Positions 36,301 to 48,000 of a DNA stretch of 64,000 bases are shown one piece after another. Numbering within the stretch: position 1 is the first letter of the stretch; each line of letters opens with the position of its first letter. The translations under genes and the position numbers were made by a program. Origin of the DNA: Ramazzottius varieornatus (Eukaryota; Animalia; Tardigrada); contig BDGG01000001.1 of assembly GCA_001949185.1 (NCBI GenBank), positions 2,993,324-3,057,323 of the forward strand, read 5' to 3'. The notes beneath the pieces are model-generated. The model was not told the origin of the DNA. It ran no database searches and worked only from the letters and a program-made list of their open reading frames with translations.

Positions 36301-39021
36301 TTCACAGAACTCGCAAAACTTGGAATGAAATGATTTCCAAAAGATTACAGAGAACCAAAATGTTACCTCGAGCTGGACTTCATATTTATTAATGACTTCA
36401 CTTGCTTCGTTCAACCGTTCCAACTCCACCTGCAAAAACAAGGAACTTATCAAATTTAGTTCTAACATTCGACTAGAAAGATATCTGTGATATGCTTCGT
36501 TGTTCTTTTGAGTTTTATTTGTTGAACAAGCAAGCCTGTTTTCTGCTGTGTGCGAACAAGCGAGTTGCCGACCATTGTATATTTGTGTGTTAATAGTTGC
36601 CGCGATGGCTACTATGGACAATTGAAGGGCTTGACAAAGGGCGCCTTCCTGTCCTCCACGCAAGTTTACAGTGTTTACTCACGCACTACATCCTATCTGA
36701 CTCTTTCCGCGTAGAAAAATTCCTCAAAGCTGCCGAAACTGTTGAACGTGCCGCATTCCTAACCATCCCGCGTTTTTACCCACTTCCTGATGTCACATAT
36801 CATAGATAAAAACTTTGCGCTGTCTGCTAGAAAACTTCTCTGCATTAATTTACTGCCTGTCAGTCAGCGTTCGAACTCGTGATCGATAATCGCGATCGCG
36901 AAGACCTGAAGGAAGTAGCCTCGCCTAAATTCTATCGGACTTATGGACTTAGTTCGTCGGCAGGCATGTTCAATATCTGGATCAACAATCGACAATTGCT
37001 TTGGTGTAACAGGAAATGCGAGCATGATACGTGATATTTCCGTTTACACAACGGCGAAGTTCTAACTGGAATCTGACAGTAATGAGGAAACCGGTGAAAG
37101 TCAGCGCCGAGCCCTTTCTTCCTTGTTTCCCAATTAGTCGACGTATAAAATAAAGTCCCCGAACTTTGAAATTGAATTTGTACGAAATACAATAGAAAAA
37201 TGAAAGAAAAAGTAGTACCTTGTTTTGAAAATGAATCGAATAAATTTCAAATAATTATATATAAATTTAATTTTCCAATTTTACGACTTTCAAATATATT
37301 AATTTCGCATAAAGATGGACACAAAAGGTTCAGTTTTTCGCCACCTGTTCAAAGACGGCATCGATCAAGAGGAAAACAAAGTACTTTAGACCATGTGCGA
37401 TTACGACGAATGCGTCCATCAGCTCTAGGCGGACCTGCTACAATAAAAGAATGTCATGCTTTCGTCAAACAGTGCTACTTCGAAAGAATGCGCCATTACA
37501 CAAGAGAAATGTGTGACACGCATTCCATCGCGTCTTCGCAATTGTCATCATAACGCTAGCGCTCATAAAGAGATGCTTTCAAGATCCTCCACACCAGGAA
37601 TTTTTCCGCCTCGCCTGCGCTTCTCCGTAATATCCGGTGCTCCTTGTCCGCTGCATCAAGACGCCTCGAATATCCGCCTCTGAACAGCAAAGAGTCGTGG
37701 GAATAACACAAGTATTAGATTTAAATACAAGACGGAGGGGGAATTACGAAAATGTAAAAGGGGCGTTATTATCCTTCACACTTGACTTCATTTCTCCACC
37801 AAACTTTATTAACTACATGAGTCCCTTCTCACTCCCCCGTCTTCTATGCCCGTTTTACAGAGTATCCTCTTTCCATCTTCTCTCACGCTGCAGAACATGA
37901 AAGTGCCGTAAAGTAAAATTTAACATTTTCTGATTAAATGCATCCATATGCATCGGTGAATCTTCTCATCCATAAAATTGACAGTTCTGGCCTTACTGCT
38001 CCTAATGCTAAAGGTTTCGAGATGATCAAATTTCTGCGATTCGATTAAACGGAAGTTAACCAGAGCTCTTCGCCCTCATTTCCACTCTGCAAGTTTCTCG
38101 CTCTGACATTTTGCAGAGCATAATGGTGAGCACTGTCTGATCATGAAAGTGTTTACCGTCGACCTCGTTGATCAAGGCTTTCCCTACAACAACTTTGCTC
38201 GTTATTAACAGACACAGTATCTTCTTTTGCCTACAAGAAAGACGACAGTATCTTGTTGAGCATCGTCCTGATCTACTTCTGATAGTCAGCACATCAATTC
38301 TCCTCTTGTCAAGCGGTTACGTCGGCATCCCCGGCAGATAATGACATTATCGCCGAGCGAGATTGAGAAATGCCTACACTCTCCATACTGATAAAATTCC
38401 ATCGAAGTTTGCACAGCTGAGACTGAACATGCCCGTACCACGCGGTATTCCCTGGAGCGCGTTCTGCAAATAAACACAAAGGTTGGGAATAAGATTACGA
38501 TACCGAAGAGAAGATCACGCTCCCCCACGCAGCGACCGGAAAGAGGACAAAAGCCTACGAGCAACTGCTTCGTCGTCTCGGCCTTCCTCAACTGGCAATA
38601 AACAAACCGAAACGAAGCGTCAATAAGGAAACGAGACATTGCTCTCTCCAACTCTCCAACAGGAAAGCATTGATTGGGGCTGGACTGAAGAATCGAAGTC
38701 AAGCATCGATTCAATCGAACCTCGTTCCCTGCACATAGGAAGAACGCAGCAGAAGTTGCATAAGCGATTCTGATGACCGAAGCATGTTGCGCAGTATTTC
38801 AGGTATTTTCCAGCGGTAATGAAAGACATGAAATGAAGATCGATATGGAAAATTGTGAGGGTTCATAATTACTATCAATAGTATGGAGTAGTTCTTACGT
38901 GAACACGGGGATCCAAATTCTCGCTGTTCTCCAAATCCTCTTCTTGGTCCAGCTCGTTGTCGATATCTTCCAACGCGACGGAATCTGAACTTGCTAGGGA
39001 TATCTGATCCTTGATAGACAT
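33359..39021 (-). CDS. SH3BP5: SH3 domain-binding protein 5 family (Parcas/REI-1, Rab11 GEF), multi-exon with a ~2.5-kb first coding intron
   Basis: First exon MSIKDQ...ENLDPRVH splices to VELERLNEASEVINKYEVQLE; LGKCIQKSRPYYE; LDETWQEMLNYSTKKV; SSINKSKPYYEL; YAEGLSNLEGISEQIH. Confidence 0.9.
36193..36312. repeat. Family A palindromic element copy 4 (SH3BP5 intron)
   Basis: gagctcggcg...ctcccaagtggcgcatg-loop-cgtgcgccacttggggag...tttgttcacagaactc. Confidence 0.8.
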
Positions 39022-40778
39022 TCTGAGCTGGAGGAAGGCCTAGATCCGGAGAAAATGTTGTACCTTACGAGTCACGATAGACGGGAATCGCGGGATCGCT
39101 CATCCATGAAATGAATAAGAAGAGTTATCGCTCAGTAGATGTTGCGGTACAAACTGGAGTACCTCACGTCTGAGGTCTAGACGGTAGTTATGAATGAGCC
39201 AGAATACATCATGGTTATAAAAACATCGGACATCGGGAAATCGATTCTTTTCGAAAATTTGTGGAATGAAAAGTGGCAGACATGGACCAGACAACGTGAC
39301 GGCTTGTTGTGGCAAGAGAGGGTGGTGACATGTCATGCGTATATCAGTCAGTGACTCATGGCAGCACGTAAGACGACTGGACATGTACTCGAGAGGGCGG
39401 GATATCGGTTCAGCTCCAGCTAGTCGATCTGAGCCGTCTGAGCTGACACAGGGCCAACAGGTGGAGCCGCTTGTCAGGCTGCCTCGTGAAAACTGGATGT
39501 AATTAGTTTGTTCTAATTTTGTTGTGCTTCCACTGCCGTAGGACGGGATCCTTTGTTTTGAATTCTTACGGTGGATATGACTGTCGAACCGACGGGAATC
39601 TTCATTTGATAAACACACAGGAAGAAATCTCACGAGAACCAGAAGCTGATACTGTACGTGCAGAGGCTGAGAGGGCATCTGTGGATCACGTGCGGATTGC
39701 GGGATACCTCCGAGTTGGATTTCATCTCTTGGACTTATCTTTACAACGTTCAAAGGTACGTTCCTTGAAGCAATATTGACCATTGCTGCGAAGATTAATG
39801 GTGGTACTCTGCACGAAAGCATGCACAGGTTCGAATCATGTCTAGGCTGTATAACTATTATGACTTATAGCAGTAGCGTTGGATTTATAACCTCACTGAT
39901 GTTTACCTCACTGATGTTCGGGATTATTGCTGTTTTCCTAGATGCCTCAAAGCAATTCACAGACTCCTAGCCGTTCAGCGGGAGCAACATGGATTACTCT
40001 TGGATTGGAATAACTCGAGCACATCTATCCAGTACGTATTGCGTGGGTCGTCCCCCCGCAAGGCGAGCTTCCGGACGTATATATAGAATGGCTGACAGGT
40101 GGTCATGCCTAGCATGCAACTGGTACCCACGCCGTGGGGGAAAACAACTTTCACGGTTCGTTAGTGGATTCACCGTGGACAGCATTGTGAAGTGATCGTC
40201 CAGGAACTCTCTCGGTCGAAAATTTTCTGAAAGGTTTCCGCCTTATCTCTTACGATAACATCAATTGCTTATAGCTCCGTGTGGCCATACATTGGGCAAT
40301 CGATGTTGTTGTGTGCGAGTGGTCAACAGCATACTGTACAGTAGATTACTGCGTGCAGCTTGCTGCGAAGATTAGCGATGCTTAAATGTTCTTCTCTGGC
40401 CGGACTTGTTTGAGATGTCTGCAGCCGATGACATCGGACGGCCCACTCAAAGAGCCTGTTCATAGTACGACGCACGATTAGAACGGTATGAGCATGGCAA
40501 GAATGATCTCTCTTCACTAGCTATATAGGTTGTGTTGCGGACTTGCGGATCGCAAGACTTCTTGTTGATGCCTGCATCGTGCGTCGAAATATGCATAGAT
40601 GATAGTGTCGTACCGTCTTACCGTATAAGCATAAGCAAACTTCTTCGTGCTGAGTTTGCAGATCTTCAAGTCTTGGCCACCTGTTGCTGCTGGGACTTTC
40701 TAACACGAGCTTGGATCGTACTGTATATGCTACCACCCCAGTACTTTCACAATGACTCCTTCTATTGCAGATGACGAT

Positions 40779-42924
40779 ATGATGCGAGCCAGCAGTATCC
40801 TGAAATGGCAGAGTAAGCCAGCCAGAACAGGTAAGGTGAACTATTGTCTAACACACTGTGCTCCGTCCAAAGTTCTTCGATTGATACTGTTCCTGTCTCC
40901 ATACCAGCAGACCAGAATGGCTGGATTCATCCACCAGGAGCCTTACAGGGAGCTCATGTTGTCTATCTGGTCAAGGTACGAGGGCTTTCTGTCAGGTAAC
41001 GTCGTATACACGGACCTTACGTATTATTCTAACCATTGTGTCATTGTAGTTTCTGGGATGCACAGAAGTGGATTCGCCAAAAGGGATGGAAGTGGTCAAA
41101 GCTGGTATCACAAAGATGCGGGTAAGCAAACTCAATTTTTGTGCGGTTATGACCATATCCTTGTTGCTCGAACAGACTGTGAAGTGCTTGGTGTCGAGTG
41201 CTTGATAGTAATCGTTTATTAGCGTAGACTTTGGTATCTCGGTGTACTTTGCGTGTTTGAGCTTAAGTTTCTTGTTATTAATCACATTCCATTGCTGTCC
41301 CCTAGTTCAACGCGCACGTGAAGCGGTCAGAAGGCTCCAAGATATCAAAGGTTGAGCTGACTATCAGCATCGATGGGGTCGCGATCCAGGAACCCAAGAC
41401 CAAGAAGATCATGTACCAGTACCCGCTGTACAGAATATCCTTCTGTGCCGATGATAAAGCGGAAAAAAAGTTCTTTTGCTTCATCGTGAAAGAGGAAGAA
41501 GAAGGCATGGCGAAACATCGATGTTTCGTCTTCGTCAGCGATCGATTAGTAAGGATGGATGAAACGTTCCACTGAATCTCTGTTCTCGAGGAGAACAACA
41601 GTATATTGGTTTATTTTTATAGGCCGAAAACATCACGTTGACCATCGGACAAGCTTTCGACCTGGCCTACCGACGGTTTCTGGAAACGTCCAGTCGGGAT
41701 TTGGAGATGAGGAAGCAGCTCATCATTCTGCAGAAGAAGGTATTTCCCATTGCTTAAGCTTCAAGTGTTCTAACATGAGATGACGAGGATCGTTTGTTTC
41801 CGGTTACAGACGATGTTACTCGAGCAAGAGAACTTCACACTACGAGCTCGTCTTGCCGAACTTGAACGGTCCGGACCTTCATTGGAGAACAGGTCATTTA
41901 GCGAGGTAAGTCGTCAACTTGTTATGTATAACAGTAAAGAGACTGTTGTTTGGTCGAGTACAAGCAAATAAAGGCATGGGTTCGTTCAGTGCGTAGATTA
42001 CACTGGCCTTTGTCCCCTGGACTGGGTCTTCAACTATTAGTAATGTAACGGTGACGGGTTCTCCAATTGGGTATATCGGCCAACCAACCCGACAAGACGA
42101 TTCTTTCAATTAGCGCATGCTTCCAGCCAATAACGCCATTAACAAGTAAAGGTGCGCCACTTGGGAAAAGATCTTGTCGGAGTGTTTGCCGAGCTCCCAT
42201 TATCTTACCTCAGGACGCTTGTGTTGTCATTGTAGGATCTCTTACTCACTCGGGAACTACCTTCGGAATCTCTTACAGAAAAGATTTCCAACCCGAATTT
42301 CGAAGTTCACCACGTGTCTTCCTATGCAAGCGCACAGAATGGTGTCTTCCATGACCATTACGTACCGGCTTCGGAACCTCCAGCAATTCACAGGAATGAT
42401 TTCCATCTCCAATCTACCGCTAAAATATGTAAGTACATTCGTAGCGCTTTCTTTCTGGTACTACTGTACTGTCCATGGACTTTTTGTAGTTAATCCTCCA
42501 CCGCTTCCGCCTCGTCCAGGTGAAGGTGGTATCAGTCCACCTGTCTTGACTAATGGGCTTACGACGAATGGGAAACATGCCAATGGATCCGACCTCATAA
42601 CGCTGGATCCCTTCGCTGCCCATGCAGCCTCACTCACAGCAGAAGAAGACCCCTTCGGAGACTTTAAGAAACTGTTCACGAGTCCGGAGCGGTCAACGTC
42701 GCAGTCCAACCTGAAGCTGGACGAAGCTATCCAGAAAGTGGACAAGCGCATAAACGACATGAAGGTTCGTCTCCGCTCCAAGTACGCTCTCATTTGAATT
42801 TGTACATCGCGAGTGCTTCGTTTTACAGGAAGGTTTTGGTCGAGGCATCGCCTTCGAGCATGAGGATTTCTTGATGGATGCTCTTGATCCGATAGGGCGG
42901 AATAAGCAAAGCACACACGCCTAG
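40779..42924 (+). CDS. ced-6: PTB-domain engulfment adaptor CED-6/GULP1, multi-exon
   Basis: [23 protein letters not shown]; [32 protein letters not shown]; [20 protein letters not shown]; leucine zipper; PPPLPPRP. Confidence 0.92.
42077..42199. repeat. Family A palindromic element copy 5 (ced-6 intron)
   Basis: tcggccaaccaacccgacaaga...gtgcgccacttgggaaaagatcttgtcggagtgtttgccgagctccc. Confidence 0.75.
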
Positions 42925-44077
42925 ACGCTTAGTTCCATTTTCTTTCTGTCCAGTCATTCCACACCGTCCGTTCTTCCCGCTATGACTGATCACCGATGCT
43001 GCTGCACCGTTTGTTTATAGTTTTATTCTTATTGAACATTATTTGAGCCTTTTTGGCTTCTCAGCTATTTTTCGAAGAACGTTCTGCTTACACTGCTTTT
43101 AGGTTTCTGAACTAATTGGCGTATCAGTGCGTAGGCACGAGATATTTACTATAGGCGAAGTGCGTCATCTCGCTGAATCTCAGCAGAGCATGTGGTGATG
43201 TGAATGACGGGAATGACCAATGCAGAGAGAAATATTTTTTAACATAATTCAGTTTGGGACTATCAACTTTCTAAATACAGGAGACCAATTTAACCGCGGC
43301 TGTCTTGACAGATATGTACGTCAGAGCGAAGTGTTGGAAGAGATCGGATGCGAGCATGCCCACTGCTTACTGACGCAGGTTTCGGCGTTCTCGCGCTGAC
43401 TCCTCCAACCTCTCGGCCTTCTTCTGGTCGCTCAGCTCTTAGGAGACAAAAATCGAGCAGATGTATTTTTAGACCTCAAATCTCGCTGTAACTTCGGCAA
43501 AGCTTAAGCTCATCGTGTGCACTAAAAAACCTGCCTTCCATCATATCGCTTTAGATCTCCAGCTCGAGTCTCGATGCCATAGCACTGTACCGGAAAACGT
43601 GATCATTTTCCCATGTGCTAGTTTGCAACCTAAAGTAAACTCTCAACCGTCGAATTTCCACTTGCAAGGCTCCCCGGTACATCTTTATTGTCGCAGCAGA
43701 ATCTGCGGAATACGTAACCCAATCCAATTTTCGGGAGCCGTTCGCTAGAATACAGCTTTCATGAGGAGTTCGACCGGCAGTACTTCGTGGTGACGTTTCC
43801 CCATCCGGACAGAACCTGGGTTACCTCAACAGTCATCCGGACGTCGATGACCGCTTTTTGAGTTCGGTAAGCCGTGGACCTTCTGGTTACAGCCTTCCGG
43901 GTTCTGATGGTTTGTGTTTTAGATGCCAAGGAGGAGAAGCTGGCTGTGACGATTCCGAGCTTGTTCGGGATTGGATAGTTTTTGACGAAAGTGACCTTCC
44001 TAAACGCCAAAATTATCGTCCAGGCCGAGGTGGAACCACTTGTCGCTCCACAAAATCTTTTTATGTTCAATCCGACT

Positions 44078-44409
44078 ATGGCGCATGAGATTGACGATGA
44101 AGAGAAACACCAGGCGGCGTCCAAGATTCAAGCGAAATTCAGAGGTGTGCCAAAATGTCGAACCCGTTATTATTTACGGTTTCCAAAACCAGATATCATA
44201 AGGCTCGTTAGTGGATGTACTAGGAAACGTTACGAAATTAGCGGGGTATGTTTTTAGAATACAAGGCTAGGAAAGAGACGAAAGAAGCCCTAGCCAAGAA
44301 GCACGATGTGGAACCGACAGCCATGACGCCTGGCCAAAGCAACTCCCATGACGTCAATGCCAACCCTGGCTCCTCCGCTAACGCGACTTCCGCATCTCGA
44401 AGCAAATAA
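44078..44409 (+). CDS. Small single-IQ-motif calmodulin-binding protein (neurogranin/PEP-19/igloo-like), 2 exons, ~72 aa
   Basis: Spliced MAHEIDDEEKHQAASKIQAKFR|EYKARKETKEALAKKH...SRSK*. An upstream in-frame ATG lies at 44063, and further 5' exons are possible. Confidence 0.7.
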
Positions 44410-45013
44410 TTCCATCATCCGAATGGCCTTGGATTCCTTCTGTGTGTTTTTGTACGCACTCCGACCTAGCAATACCGCATTGAGCTATGAGACTTGTTCG
44501 CTGTTTTCCTGATATTTTCTGCCTTTATCGCATCGCGCTGCGAAGATATTTTGTTGGTGATATTGTTAACATGCATGGTTCGAGTACTTGGCACTGTTAT
44601 TCGGAAGCAGAGACTTGGCAAGTTTCCCGGTGTTTTGACGCAATGTTGTATAGCGTATACATAGCATTTCCTAGACCATGTGTGAAGGCGGCTAAGCTTG
44701 TTGAAAACTTTCTCATGCTAATTACATGAAAAAAGCCAAGTTGTCATCAGAAGATCGACAGTTGTCTTCCGCGATTCCACACATTAGAAACGGAACCAGA
44801 GTTGGTGACTGTGATATTTTCATTCTTCTGGCTAACACCCTTCACCGAGATAAATAGCACCAAAATATGGATTGGGAAGTTGTTGAAATTCCATATTGAA
44901 ACACATTCATTGGAAAAGTGAGATGTAGTTATCCATAGCTGTTTTTGTTCCAGTCACACGTAAGCAACCATTTGAGCAAATATTAGAAACCTTGTGGGGA
45001 AGTTGGAATGATT

Positions 45014-48000
45014 TTAAAGCTTCTTGACGGAAGGCTTGAAGTTGACTTCGGGAACTTCTTCGTCACAGTTGTTGGCCTTGATCAAGTAAGCTCGTGACAA
45101 AGCTCGTGGTTCCTCAACGATGGTGTTGTTGGGTAACAGCTTGTCGTCCCACGCTTGGCCGTTGAGGGTTCCACAGAGTCCGATAACTTGGTTCTTCCAT
45201 CCTGAGTTGGTTGGCTTTAACAAAAAAACCAATAAGATCTTTCCCTTTATTAATTGAAATTTATAAAGTATTAAGGATTAATATTAATAAACTAATAAAA
45301 TAAAGTAAAAACAAAAACCAAAAAATAACTGGGATGTCGGCAAATGTACTGAACATGATCGTTTTTTTTCAAGTGACGCGTACTTTCAGCCAAAACAATG
45401 GTAACTTAGGGCGCTTCGGATAATGATTGTGTTCGATCCATCTACTAGTATTATTTTGGAGTAAGATGAGGGAATTTACCTCAATGGTAACACTGGCACC
45501 GTCGAAAAGAACGCTGATACCGATGGCGGGCGAAATGACCTTGACGATAGGGACGGTGTTTCCGCTAATGCTGGGCAATGGGACAACGATCATGGCCAAA
45601 GCTTCCTTGTCTTCGGGAGTAGTGGGTGGGATTGAGAGGGCCTTGTCCTTGTTCATGGCTTCGGGCAGGACCTGACCGTTGTACTTGACGACGTAGGTGC
45701 TGGTCACGTCGATGGGAGATTCAACGGTACCGGTGGGCACTTGGTTGTTCTTGGGGACGATCTCGATCTTGTGTTCTCCAAACATAACCAGGACTTTCTA
45801 CAGAAATAAAATACCATTCAGGGTAGTACTCAGGTAAAAAGGATCCTTGATCAGGTATCGCATCCTCACCTTGGCTGGGGTGTTCTTTCCGGCAGCGGCG
45901 ACCAAGACGGCGAAGAGGTTGTCATCATCGGCATCCTTGGCCATCAAGTGATAGCATTGGCTCAAAGGCAGATCATCGGAAACATCATCGAAGGTGTTCA
46001 GCTTGTGTCCACTGATGGTGCAAGTAGCTGGAAACAAAAAGAAAAATTAAAAATATTGTACAAAACAAAGAAACGAGATGGAATGGCGTACGGTAGTTGG
46101 TGAGACCGACGAGGCGAGCCGGAGTCCAGGGGAACAGGGCGTTGACATGAGGTCGGACGAAAGGCAGGTCGATGTTGACGAACTTGACGTTCTGATGGGG
46201 AGTGGTGTAGGACACATCGACGTACTGGCGGTCAGCGCTGTACTCAATGACACCGTTGATCTTGTTTTCGGGGTTCCTGACGTCCATATCCAAGATGTCG
46301 CTGTTGTACCAGTACTGGCTCTTGACGAATCGCTCCAGGCGCCACACAAGCTTGCGGAAAACGGGAGAGACGTTCTTAAACTCAATGTCAAACTTGATCT
46401 TGAGGAGTTCGGAGTATCGGACCGCGAGGTCGACGCAGTCCTTGCTGAAGAAAGCACCTGGAAAAATGACACCACAAAGTATTTCATCTTATTTTGATTT
46501 GCCATTTTATTGTCTTGTGCAGTCGCTTTTCTTACCATTTTGACGGTCTTCCTCGCATTCCTTCCACAGGGAGTTGAAGAGGCTCTCATCTTCATGGACT
46601 TGGCTGGCAACTTCGAAGGCAACTGGGATCCCGTTGACGTCATAGAGTCCGTTCTTCTCAGCTTGCATCTGTTCATCGGTCTTCTGGATTCGGATGCGGG
46701 CTTTCATCATCTTGTCTCCACCACACTCATCGCCCCACGACATCTCAACGTTACCTTGGACAGACTTCTCCAAAGTGTTCTGGGGAGTCATGAACCACAA
46801 ACCAGTTCGGTCGGGATATCTACAAGGAAAAGTACATTAGTGAATAAGTTAAAATTATTTGTTTTGGATAATATTTTAACGAGACGGAAGTCTTACCGGT
46901 ATTCGGCGGTCATGCATCCCTTTTTGGCGAAAGCGGGGATGTTGCTCTCGAAAGCCCCGATGGTCTTGACGTATTGGCCTGGCATGGAGTAGATGACGGC
47001 GAGCAGACCACGGGTGGTCCAGGTTTCGGGAGCGGCGCTGGAGCTGATGGTCCATTGGAGCGATCGACCAACCTTGGGGTACTTGTTGTAGTCAGCGGGG
47101 GGATTCGACTTGCTGAGGTCCTTGACTGGGATATCGGCAACCTTGTCCTTTAACTGGTTCAACAGTTCCTGCTCGGACTTCATTGAGAAGGCGTTGCGTT
47201 CGTACACGGTGAAAGTCATCTGCTTCTCTTTGGGGATCAACTTGACCTTCAGGACACCCTTATCTCCAACCTACATACAAAAATTAATTTTTAATTATTT
47301 AAATTTCATAAATTAATAACTTGTTTACGCATGAATTTGGGTTTGCATTTATGAAAAAGATAATTTTCTGTAGATGATATGATTTTTTATAGAAAAAAGT
47401 TTTGTCTACATACCTGTCGGATAGTAGGAACCTTGACGTGAGGAAGTTCGTGAGCCATGTTGATCTTGACCATGACCGGGGTAGTCTCGTCACCGATCTT
47501 CACGGTGGTGTTGATGGACTTGATAAAGGTAGGTGTTGGCATCTCCCAGATTTCGGGGACGGAGATGGGCAGACCAATCCAGTTCTTGAAGATGATTTGT
47601 CCGTTAGGGTTGATCATATCAGTGGTGGGGACCTCGATGGACATGTTGAAGAAGCGGTGTTCGCCTTGTGAGGTGGTGGCGTGGAAGACGGGCTTGTTCA
47701 TCTCTTCATCTTCTGGAGTGGTGTTCTTCTCGGTCCACTGGGTGGTGGTATGGGGAAGAGCGGGAGTGACGGGCTTGGGCTGGTAGGTCACGCTCTTGCG
47801 GGACATGCGCCAAACGAAAGTCACGGGGTAGGTCTCGATCTTGACGAGGTTCACTGGGGTTTCGGGTAGATCCATGGTCAACTGCCAAATGAAAAAAGCA
47901 GTATGTACTGTAGTATCAAATCTCCATCAAACCACGACGTACTGCGCGGACGCAGAGAATATTTACAGTCTATGTAATCTGCTCAGTCGATCAACCTGCT

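Noticed and set aside
36430-38898. ORFs within the long SH3BP5 intron as possible nested genes
   Set aside because: No homology cues or coding-like composition
39100-39822. 240-aa minus-strand ORF
   Set aside because: Overlaps the presumed promoter/5' UTR region and has no recognisable motifs
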